DNA of 64,000 nucleotides, taken from an uncultured Planctomycetota bacterium (lineage in GTDB: Bacteria > Planctomycetota > PLA2 > JAEUHO01). The translations under genes were made by a program, and so were the position numbers. Below the pieces are notes generated by a model that worked only from the letters and a program-made list of their open reading frames with translations, was not told where the DNA came from and ran no database searches. The stretch is taken from positions 1,501,742 to 1,565,741 of the forward strand of contig CAVVXN010000005.1 of the NCBI GenBank assembly GCA_963752285.1, given 5' to 3'. Shown here one piece after another: positions 41,987-50,457 of this stretch (its first letter is position 1; every line of letters starts with the position of its first letter).

Positions 41987-43984
41987 TCATCGGACGCCGT
42001 CCTCCAGGAGAGAGAGCGCGCGCAGGAGCTCGCCGACGCTCCACGCCTGGGCGACCGCGCCCCGCGGCCGGTGCGGCGCGTCGCCGTCGAACGCCTCGGA
42101 GACCTGGAGCAGCCCGGCCTCGTCCACCACGTGCGGACGAAACGCGTCGATGAGCGCCCGCAGCGCGGTCCGCCGCCGCCGGGTCGCGCCGTGGGCGCGG
42201 AGTGACGCCTCGACGTAGAAGCCGAGGAGCCACGGCCACACGGTCCCCTGGTGGTACGCGCCGTCGCGGTCCGCGGGCCCGCCCTCGTACCGCCCCCGGT
42301 AGCGCGGGTCGTCGGGCGCGAGGGTGCGAAGCCCGCGCGGCGTCAGCAGGCGAGCGTCCGCCACCGCGAGGATCGAGGCGCGCATCCGCCTCGTGAGGGG
42401 GCTCGGGTCGAGTGCGGCGGCGATCACCATGTTGGGCCGGACGCTCGCGTCCTGGACGCCGTCCTTCCAGACGTCGGCCAGGTGGCCGGCCTCCGGCATC
42501 CAGAACCGGTCGAGGAACGCGCGGCGCGCGCGGCGTCGCACCTCGTCGAAGCGGCGGGCGGCCTTCGCGTCGCCCTCGGCCCGCGCGAAGCGCACGAGCA
42601 GATGGAGCATCTGGTACCAGAGGGCGTTCACCTCCACCGGACATCCGTCGCGGGGCGTCACCGGCCGACCGTGGACCCGCGCGTCCATCCACGTGACGTT
42701 GGCGTCGGCCGAGCCGACGACGAGGAGTCCCTCGCGGTCGGCCCGCACGGGGGACGTCCCCGAGAGGTGGCGCAGCGCGATCTCCTCGAGGGCCGCGCGG
42801 AACGCTCGAACGACCCGCGCGGGCTCCCCGGCGACGCGTTCGAGGCGGCCGACGGCCGAGGCGAACCACAACGCGGCGTCGGCGGCGCCGTACGAGCTCG
42901 CCGCGGGCGTCCCGCCCAGGACGTTCGGCAGCGCGCCGTCGGAGAGGTACGGGAGGAGGCCCTCGAGCGCCGCGGCCGCCTCGGCGACGCGACCCCGCGC
43001 GAGGAGGAGGCCGGGGATCGAGATCGCGGTGTCTCGCCCCCACTCGGAGAACCACGGGTACCCCGCGACGACCCCCGTCCGGCCGCCCGGCGCGCGCACC
43101 AGGAAGTCGTCGGCCGCCCGGTCGAGGAGCCCGCGGAGCCCCGGCCGGAGGGCGGCCCGCGCGGCGCGGCGGTCGGCGAGCGTCTCGGCGAAGAGGCGCC
43201 CGGGGTCCGCCGGCGCGTGATCGAGCGCCGCCGCCACCACGACCGCCTCGCCCGGTCGGAGTGCGACGTGGATCCAGCCCGGGGAGAACGCGTCCTCGTG
43301 CGCGTCGAACCCGCGCGCTCGCTCCTCGAGGAGCTCGACCCGGCGGTACCAGCAGGGCGCCGCCTCGAAGCGCGCGTCGCCGCCGCCGACGCGGAAGGCG
43401 AGGGCCGGGAGCTCGGGGTACGGCCTCACGACGATCTCGTCGCCGCGACGGAGGACGGAGGGGTCGAGGTGCGGGTTCTCGAACGTGAGCGCGTGCGCGT
43501 CCCGGAAGGCCAGGAGGGGACGGAGCGAGAGCTCGAGGGCCGAAACGTCGTTCGTCGCGGTGTAGCGGACGAGCACGCCGGGGCTCCCGCGGAGCCGCAG
43601 CACCTCGCGCGTCATGCCGAGGCCCGACCGCTCGTACCTCGCGACCGGGTGGGGCTCGAGCGAGAAGGAGCAGAGCGCCTGGTAGCCGTCGGGGTGCCAC
43701 GTCCCCGGATAGCGTCCCGTGGACAGGTGCATCGCCTGACCGGGACCGCGGAGCACCTCCTCGTAGCGCGTCAGGAACACGTGGCGCGACCTCTGCCCCT
43801 CGGGCGTCGCGACGAGGAGGCCGTGGTACCGACGCGACGGGCAGAGCAGGACGGTGGACGACGCGTAGCCGCCCTCGCCGTCCGTCTCGAGCCACTCGAG
43901 GGAGAGCCCGTCCTCGGGGGGCGCCCAGCGCGCGCGGCCGAACGACGCGAGGGCGTCGTCGGTGGCGGCGCGGGGATCGGGCAT
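41987..43984 (-). CDS. Glycogen debranching enzyme (amylo-alpha-1,6-glucosidase family)
   Basis: 665 aa. N-terminal EWLETDGEGGYASSTV..RRYHGLL, central GYPWFSEWGRDT, C-terminal YHQGTVWPWLLG and AQAWSVGELLR. GGAGG SD. Confidence 0.85.
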   Translation of the reverse strand: MPDPRAATDDALASFGRARWAPPEDGLSLEWLETDGEGGYASSTVLLCPSRRYHGLLVATPEGQRSRHVFLTRYEEVLRGPGQAMHLSTGRYPGTWHPDGYQALCSFSLEPHPVARYERSGLGMTREVLRLRGSPGVLVRYTATNDVSALELSLRPLLAFRDAHALTFENPHLDPSVLRRGDEIVVRPYPELPALAFRVGGGDARFEAAPCWYRRVELLEERARGFDAHEDAFSPGWIHVALRPGEAVVVAAALDHAPADPGRLFAETLADRRAARAALRPGLRGLLDRAADDFLVRAPGGRTGVVAGYPWFSEWGRDTAISIPGLLLARGRVAEAAAALEGLLPYLSDGALPNVLGGTPAASSYGAADAALWFASAVGRLERVAGEPARVVRAFRAALEEIALRHLSGTSPVRADREGLLVVGSADANVTWMDARVHGRPVTPRDGCPVEVNALWYQMLHLLVRFARAEGDAKAARRFDEVRRRARRAFLDRFWMPEAGHLADVWKDGVQDASVRPNMVIAAALDPSPLTRRMRASILAVADARLLTPRGLRTLAPDDPRYRGRYEGGPADRDGAYHQGTVWPWLLGFYVEASLRAHGATRRRRTALRALIDAFRPHVVDEAGLLQVSEAFDGDAPHRPRGAVAQAWSVGELLRALSLLEDGVR

Positions 43985-44071
43985 TCGGGCACCTCCGTGA
44001 GGGCCAAGGAGGTCGCCCCTCCCCGACCCGTGGCGCCAAGGATGCCATGGCGCGCGCGGACGCGCGGATCG

Positions 44072-45067
44072 TCACACGCCGTTCGAGGCGAGCGCCGATC
44101 TCTCGACCTCGGGGTGCACGCGGTCGCCGCCGCTCGCCTTCGCCGATCGAAGCAGCCGATCGGCCTGCTGCACGAGCTGCGTGACCGAACGGGGCGCGCC
44201 GGCCTCGACCGCGACGACGCCCGCGCTCATCGTGACGGGACCTTCGACCGGCGCGTCCTCCGCGCGGCTCCGCGCCGCGACGTGGGCTCGCAGCCGCTCG
44301 GCGGCGATCACGGCCTGCTCGATGCCCTGCGCCTCCATCACGACCACGAACTCGTCGCCGCCGAACCGGTAGACGCTGTCGCCGCGCCTCACGGCCTCGC
44401 GCAGGAGGTCCGCGACCCACTGGATCGCGCGGTCGCCGCCCGTGTAGCCGCACTTCGAGTTGTAGCGGCGGAAGTCGTCCACGTCGAAGAGGGCGAACGC
44501 GAAGGGGCGCGCGTACCGCTCGGCGTTCGCGCGGAGCCGGCCGAGGTCCTCCTGGAGACGGCGGCGGTTGGGCAGCCGCGTCAGGGCGTCGAGCCGGGCC
44601 TCCTCGAAGAGCGCCTGGTTCTGCGTCACGAGGTCACGGACGCGCGTCTCGAGCTCCTGGATGCGCTCCGCCTGTCGGCGCGCCGTCACGTAGACGGCGC
44701 GCTGCTTCAACGCGTGCTCGACCATCTCGCGCATGTGCTGGAGCTCGAACGGCTTCTTGAGGACGCCGAACGCCCACCTCCGGGTCTCGCCGAGCGCGTC
44801 GAGCATGCGCTGCTCGCCCGTCATGATCACGACCGGCGTGCGCTCCCGGAGCTGGCCGGCGGCGTTGCGGAGGAAGGTCGGCCCCGGCATGCGTGGGAGC
44901 TCGAGGTCGAGCAGCACCACGTCGTAACCGGCCGGCGCGAGGTACACGCGCTCGTAACCGTCGGTGCCGTCGCCGACGGCGTCGACGTCGTACCCCCAGC
45001 TCTCGAGCGCCTCGGACAGGAGCCTCGAGAGCGCCTCGTCGTCCTCGACGATCAGGATGCGAGCCAT
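44072..45067 (-). CDS. Response regulator receiver plus GGDEF diguanylate cyclase
   Basis: In-frame ATG at 45067. MARILIVEDD...VLLDLELPRMPG (REC domain), a coiled-coil linker, then DALTRLPNRR and RFGGDEFVVV (GGDEF). Confidence 0.9.
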   Translation of the reverse strand: MARILIVEDDEALSRLLSEALESWGYDVDAVGDGTDGYERVYLAPAGYDVVLLDLELPRMPGPTFLRNAAGQLRERTPVVIMTGEQRMLDALGETRRWAFGVLKKPFELQHMREMVEHALKQRAVYVTARRQAERIQELETRVRDLVTQNQALFEEARLDALTRLPNRRRLQEDLGRLRANAERYARPFAFALFDVDDFRRYNSKCGYTGGDRAIQWVADLLREAVRRGDSVYRFGGDEFVVVMEAQGIEQAVIAAERLRAHVAARSRAEDAPVEGPVTMSAGVVAVEAGAPRSVTQLVQQADRLLRSAKASGGDRVHPEVERSALASNGV

Positions 45068-45283
45068 GGGAAGCTCCGGGCGGCCGGTCAGGCCCCGCCC
45101 CGGCCGCGCCCTGCCCGGCCGCCACCACCCGTCGGCCCGGCGGGCCGACAGACACCTATCGACGCGTGTCCCCTGCATCTGAACCGAATCTTGAGAATTG
45201 TGTAAGCCGAGACTCGGGAACGGGTTAGGGATCCGATCCGCACGAGGGAGGGCCCCGTTTCGCCCCCGGCGTAGGATCCGCGG

Positions 45284-45964
45284 ATGGCCCCCGCCCGCGC
45301 GGTCCTGTTCGACCTCGACGGGACCCTCCTCGACACCCTGCTCGACCTCGCGCTCGCGGTGAACGAGGTCCTCGAGCGGGCGGGCCACCCGACCCGGCCC
45401 GTGGACGCCTACCGGCACCTCGTCGGGGACGGCATCCGAGAGCTCGTCCGGCGGGCCCTTCCTGCGGGGGCGCGCGGCCCGGACGAGGTCGAGACGCGGC
45501 TCGCGGAGATGCGCGCGGCCTACGGACGGCGCTGGCGGGACCACACGCGGCCCTACGAGGGGGCGACCTCCGCCCTCGCACAGCTTCGCGGGCGCGGGCT
45601 CCGCCTCGCCGTCCTCTCGAACAAGCCGGACGACTTCACGCACCTCTGCGTGGAGACGTTTCTCCCGGGGACCGGCTTCGAGGCCGTCGTGGGCGCGCGG
45701 GCCGATCGGCCGCTCAAGCCCGACCCGGCCGCGGCGACCGAGATCGCGCGCGGCCTCGGCGTGCCGCCCGGGCGGGTCCTCTACGTCGGCGACACGAGCA
45801 CCGACATGCGCACGGCCGTGTCGGCCGGGATGGTGCCCGTCGGCGCGCTCTGGGGCTTCCGGGACGCCGGCGAGCTCCTCGCCTCGGGCGCGCGCCACCT
45901 CGTGGACCGCCCCGGCGCGCTGCTCGACCTCCCGGAGGTCCCGCCCCGCCCGCCGTCGGGATAG
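45284..45964 (+). CDS. HAD-superfamily hydrolase (phosphoglycolate phosphatase-like)
   Basis: 226 aa, VLFDLDGTLLDT, LAVLSNK, KPDP, YVGDTSTDM. These are HAD motifs I-IV. Confidence 0.85.
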   Translation: MAPARAVLFDLDGTLLDTLLDLALAVNEVLERAGHPTRPVDAYRHLVGDGIRELVRRALPAGARGPDEVETRLAEMRAAYGRRWRDHTRPYEGATSALAQLRGRGLRLAVLSNKPDDFTHLCVETFLPGTGFEAVVGARADRPLKPDPAAATEIARGLGVPPGRVLYVGDTSTDMRTAVSAGMVPVGALWGFRDAGELLASGARHLVDRPGALLDLPEVPPRPPSG

Positions 45965-45987
45965 CCGGGCCGGGTCGGGTCGGGGGC

Positions 45988-47118
45988 TCACACGGGGGGC
46001 CGCGGCGACCCGAACCAGCGCCGCCACCCGCGCGGGCGGCTCCGCCGGACGAGCGCCTCGACCGCGCGCGCGAGGGACGGGGCGAGGTCGAGATCGAGGA
46101 GGTCGTCCCAGAGGGGGATCTCGCGCGCGGGGACGTGCGCGAGCCGGCTCACGGCGCGCGGAAGGTCCGCGTCCCGATCGAAGGTCTCGAACCGGCGAAG
46201 CTCGCCCGCGGCGGCGAGCGCGGTCATCGTGCGCAGGCACTCGGCGCACGCGCTGCAGTTGGGACGCTCGCCGCGCGCGGCGCGGCAGACCGAGAGGTGT
46301 CGCTGCGCCGGCGCGTAGTGGGCGATCCGGAGCACGCGGTCGCGACGCGGCAGGCCGGCGTCCTCGTGCTGGATCCGGACGCGGTGCGTGGACCACAGCT
46401 CGTCGGTGGACGGGTGCGTGCCCCACGCCTCCTCGCGGTCCTTCCGTCGAGACGACGGGATCGAGAACGCGCCGAGCCGCGACGAGAGCAGGTGGCCGAC
46501 GGCCGCGAGGGCGGCGCCGTGGCTCCGCTCCCAGGGGACCGAGGAGAAGTACGGGTGACGACGGAGGTCGGAGCGCACGACGACGGCCCGCTTCCCCGTG
46601 TCGCGCGCGACCTCGCGGAGCGAGCGCTCCCACGCCGCGGCCCGGGGCGAGCCGCCGAGGGGGAGGTCGTAGCCGTGCGCCGACACGAGGTGGTCGTAGC
46701 GGGACGACGCGGAGAGCAGCGCGAAGAACGAGTCGACGCCGGCCGTGAACCAGAGGCCGTGGCCGGGCGCCGGAACGGCGTCGTCCCGTCGGACGTCCGC
46801 CATGTCGACGGGCCAGACGGCGGGATAGCCCCACCACTCGGCGTAGATGCCCGTGAGCGTCCGGGTGCCGAGCACCCACGTGGCGTCGAGCGGCGCGACC
46901 ACGCGGATGTGGGCGCCGGCGTCGAGCGCGGGAAGGAGGAGAAGGCCCGCGAACGCCTCGGTGGAGCGCGTGAAGGAGGCGTCCTTCGACTCGAACCGGA
47001 TGGGCCGCCCGCCCACCGTCACGCCGACGCGCTCGAGGCCGTCCTCGCGCCGGCGCTCGACGGGGCCGAGCTCCCAGACGACTCGGTGCCGGGCCTCTCT
47101 CGAACGACGCCCCCACAT
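45988..47118 (-). CDS. Hypothetical protein with degenerate PP-loop and QueC-like Cys cluster
   Basis: In-frame ATG at 47118 (376 aa). LWFTAGVDSF resembles an SGGxDS PP-loop, and C-x9-C-x2-C-x2-C (SVCRAARGERPNCSACAEC) resembles the QueC zinc site. The assignment is tentative. Confidence 0.45.
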   Translation of the reverse strand: MWGRRSREARHRVVWELGPVERRREDGLERVGVTVGGRPIRFESKDASFTRSTEAFAGLLLLPALDAGAHIRVVAPLDATWVLGTRTLTGIYAEWWGYPAVWPVDMADVRRDDAVPAPGHGLWFTAGVDSFFALLSASSRYDHLVSAHGYDLPLGGSPRAAAWERSLREVARDTGKRAVVVRSDLRRHPYFSSVPWERSHGAALAAVGHLLSSRLGAFSIPSSRRKDREEAWGTHPSTDELWSTHRVRIQHEDAGLPRRDRVLRIAHYAPAQRHLSVCRAARGERPNCSACAECLRTMTALAAAGELRRFETFDRDADLPRAVSRLAHVPAREIPLWDDLLDLDLAPSLARAVEALVRRSRPRGWRRWFGSPRPPV

Positions 47119-47279
47119 GCGGCCTCTCGTGACCGTCCGGTCCGACCCGGACCGGGGGGCGTCACGATAGCCGCGCCCCTCGCCGCGCACGCGGGAAGCC
47201 TCGGCGACCCGCGCCGCGGGGCCCCGGCGCCCCCGTCCGTCGTACAACGTCCGCTTCCCTCGGGAGGAGGCGACCGACG

Positions 47280-49838
47280 ATGAGCACCTGCGAGCGCGCG
47301 GGGCGCGGAGGAGAGTTCACGCTCCCCGGCGCCGAGCCCCACTACCCGCCGGACCTGCTCCTCGAGCCGGTGCACCTCGCGATGGACCTCCGGGTGGACG
47401 TGCCCACCCGGCGGCTCGAGGGGTCGGTCACCCACACGATCCGCTCGCGAAGCGTGCGGGCTCACCGGCTCCGGCTCGACGCGGTCTCGTTCGCGGACGT
47501 CGCGGTCCGGGACCTCGACGAGCACGCGCTCTCGTGGCGATACGACGGCCGGACGATCGAGGTGGACTGGGCCGAGGACGTGCCCGAGGGCGAGGAGCGG
47601 CGCCTCGAGATCCGCTATCGCGTCGAGGACCCGACGACGGGGCTCTTCTTCGGGCGTCCGGGCGCCGCGGCACAGGGCGACCTCGGCTGGGCGGCCACCG
47701 ACCACGAGACCGAGCGCGCCCGGTACTGGCTCCCGACGGTGGACCTCCCCCACGTGCGGCCGACCCTCGACGTGCGGCTCCGCGCGGACGCACGGTTCAC
47801 GATCCTCGGCCCGGGCCGTCTCGTCGGCGAGAAGGCGCACGACGACGGGACGAAGACGGCGCACTGGCGGCTCGAGCAGCCGTGTCCGTCCTATCTCACG
47901 TGCTTCGCGCTCGGCGACTTCGTCCGCTTCGACGACGGCGCGTTCGAGGGACGTCCGGTCGCGTACTTCACGAGCCGCGCGTTCTCGTCCGCGGACCTCC
48001 AGCGCTCCTTCGGCCGGACGAAGGAGATCCTGGCGTGGATGACGAAGCGCCTGGGTCACCCGTTCCCGTTCCCGAAGTACTACCAGTTCGCGCTTCCCGC
48101 CTTCGGCGGCGCGATGGAGAACGTCTCGCTGGTGTCGTGGGACGACCAGTTCGTCCTCGACGAGCGGCTGGCGCGCGAGTGGAAGCCGCTCGTGGACGTC
48201 ATCAACGTGCACGAGATGGCGCACTCCTACTTCGGCGACATGGTCGTATGCCGCGACTACGCGCACGCGTGGCTGAAGGAGAGCTGGGCGACGTACACCG
48301 AGAGCCTCTGGCTCGAGGACGTCCACGGCGAAGACGAGGCGCTGTACCACCGCTGGGCCGGCTTCCTCGCGTACCGCACGGAGGCCGACGAGGGCTACCG
48401 GCGCCCGATCGTCACGCGGACGTTCAACCACTCGTGGCAGATGTACGACCGCCACCTCTACCCGGGGGGCGCGGCGCGGCTCCACCTGCTCCGCACGGAG
48501 CTCGGGGACGAGGCGTTCTTCCGAGGCGTCTCGCGCTACCTCGATGAGCACGCGTTCGGCACGGTCGAGACCGACGACTTCCGGCGCGCCATGGAGGCCG
48601 CGAGCGGCCGGTCGCTCGTTCGGTTCTTCGACCAGTGGCTGCTAGGTAAGGGCTACCCCAAGGTCAAGGCGGGCTACGCGTACGACCCGCGACGCGGCGA
48701 GGCGACGATCACCCTCGAGCAGACGCAGGTGGACGAGAAAGAGGGGGTCGGCCTCTTCGACCTTCGCTTCGACGTCCAGGTCGTGGTCGCGGGGACGGCG
48801 CACGCCCGCGAGGTCCGACTCTCGCGCGCCAAACAGGTCGTGGTGATCCCCGTCCCCGGCGCGCCGGAGCAGGTCCGCGTGGACCCCGACGCGCGCGTGC
48901 CGATGGCGCTCGAGCTCGCGCCGGGCGACGACCTCCTCCGCCGGCAGCTCGCGTCCGCGCCCGACGTCGTGGGTCGGGTCCTCGCGGCGCAGGAGCTGTG
49001 CCGCTCCGGGAAGCGACCGAACGTCGAGGCGGTGGGGCGCGCGTACGCGTCCGAGCCGTTCTGGGGCGTCCGCGAGCAGATGGCCGAGGCGCTCGCGAAG
49101 ACCGAGACCGGGGCCGCCGTCGTGGCGCTGGCGCGCGCGGTCGAGACGGAGCAGGACCCGCGCGTGCTCGAGCGGCTCTTCGCCCACGCCGGGCGGATGC
49201 GCGCGCCCGAGATCCGCGAGGCGCTCGAGGCGCGCCTCGACGGGGGGCTCGACCTGTACCGCGCGCGCGGCGCGGCGTACGAGGCGCTCGGCCGCCAACG
49301 CGGCGACGCGCCCCTCGCGCGTCTCCTCGAGAGCGCCCGCGTGCCCGACCGGTACGGCTTCGAGCAGTCCGGCGCGTTTCGCGCGCTGGCGGCGACCCGG
49401 AGCGAGGACGCGCTCGACACGCTGCTCGCGGCCGCGGTCCCCGGCGGCAGCCCGGACCGCGCACGACCGTTCGCGGCGCTCGCGGCGGGCCAGCTCGCGC
49501 GGTACCTGCCGCGCGCGGCCCGCGCGCGCGTCGCCGACGTCCTCGTCGAACGTCTCCGAGACCCCGTGGTCCGCGTGCGCCACGCGGCGGTCCAGGGCCT
49601 CAAGGCGCTCGGCGAGAGAAGCGTGCTCCCGGCGCTCGAGGCCTTCGCGTCCTCGGAATCGGACCAGGTGCGGGTGATGGTCGAGCGGGCGATCCAGGGC
49701 CTCCGCGGCGACCAGGAGCCGCGTGCCCCCGAGACCGAGAAGCGGCTCGACGAGCTGCAGACGCGCCTCCGACGCCTGGAGGACACCGTCGAGCGCCTCC
49801 GGGCGCTCTCGGAGAACGATCCGGGACTTCCGGCTTGA
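47280..49838 (+). CDS. M1-family aminopeptidase with C-terminal HEAT-like repeats
   Basis: 852 aa. GAMEN exopeptidase motif, HEMAHSYFG...WLKESWATY (HExxH-x18-E), and a helical-repeat C-terminus. Confidence 0.9.
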   Translation: MSTCERAGRGGEFTLPGAEPHYPPDLLLEPVHLAMDLRVDVPTRRLEGSVTHTIRSRSVRAHRLRLDAVSFADVAVRDLDEHALSWRYDGRTIEVDWAEDVPEGEERRLEIRYRVEDPTTGLFFGRPGAAAQGDLGWAATDHETERARYWLPTVDLPHVRPTLDVRLRADARFTILGPGRLVGEKAHDDGTKTAHWRLEQPCPSYLTCFALGDFVRFDDGAFEGRPVAYFTSRAFSSADLQRSFGRTKEILAWMTKRLGHPFPFPKYYQFALPAFGGAMENVSLVSWDDQFVLDERLAREWKPLVDVINVHEMAHSYFGDMVVCRDYAHAWLKESWATYTESLWLEDVHGEDEALYHRWAGFLAYRTEADEGYRRPIVTRTFNHSWQMYDRHLYPGGAARLHLLRTELGDEAFFRGVSRYLDEHAFGTVETDDFRRAMEAASGRSLVRFFDQWLLGKGYPKVKAGYAYDPRRGEATITLEQTQVDEKEGVGLFDLRFDVQVVVAGTAHAREVRLSRAKQVVVIPVPGAPEQVRVDPDARVPMALELAPGDDLLRRQLASAPDVVGRVLAAQELCRSGKRPNVEAVGRAYASEPFWGVREQMAEALAKTETGAAVVALARAVETEQDPRVLERLFAHAGRMRAPEIREALEARLDGGLDLYRARGAAYEALGRQRGDAPLARLLESARVPDRYGFEQSGAFRALAATRSEDALDTLLAAAVPGGSPDRARPFAALAAGQLARYLPRAARARVADVLVERLRDPVVRVRHAAVQGLKALGERSVLPALEAFASSESDQVRVMVERAIQGLRGDQEPRAPETEKRLDELQTRLRRLEDTVERLRALSENDPGLPA

Positions 49839-49931
49839 CCCTTCGAGAGCCCACGCCGTAGCCTCCCCGCACGCGGAGGGGACACCGCCTCGGGGGATGG
49901 GCGTCCTCGGGCGCCGCGAGGGAGGCTCACG

Positions 49932-50354
49932 ATGGGGAACGACGACAAGGACGGCGGGGGGATCGTCGCCAACTACTGGATCTGGGTCCTCGTCGTGCTG
50001 CTCGGCTTCGGGGTCGGGCTCGGGCTCGGCGCGCTGATCTGGGGATCGGGGGGAGAGCCGCCGCCGCCGGTCAGCTCGCCGTGGCCCTGCGAGAGCTGCG
50101 CGAACACCGGCCAGCCCGCGATCGCCGGTCTCGCCGGGATCTACAAGCTGGCGGAGCTCGCGCACGACGCCGGAACCCTCGCGCAGAAGGACTACGACGA
50201 CGTCTGCCGGTTGGTGGCGAAGTGCGCCACGAACAACGACCCGGTGCCGAAGCTGACGCCCGACCAGCACTGCGACGAGATCAAGCAGGCCCTCACGGCG
50301 GCCGGCGACGGCGACTGGGTACAGTGCATCATGCACCTGGGCCACGGTCACTGA
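49932..50354 (+). CDS. Small bitopic membrane protein, Cys/His-rich ectodomain
   Basis: 140 aa with a GGGAGG SD. One TM (YWIWVLVVLLGFGVGLGLGALIW), then a domain with 6 Cys (CESC.., C, C, C, C) ending HLGHGH. Confidence 0.5.
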   Translation: MGNDDKDGGGIVANYWIWVLVVLLGFGVGLGLGALIWGSGGEPPPPVSSPWPCESCANTGQPAIAGLAGIYKLAELAHDAGTLAQKDYDDVCRLVAKCATNNDPVPKLTPDQHCDEIKQALTAAGDGDWVQCIMHLGHGH

Positions 50355-50457
50355 CCGCCGCGGCTCGTCGCCTCGCGTCGTCCTGTGGCGGCGGCGACGT
50401 CGGACCTCGGCCGCCGACGCACGATCGACGACGCGGCCCGGCCGATCGCCCGTCTCG

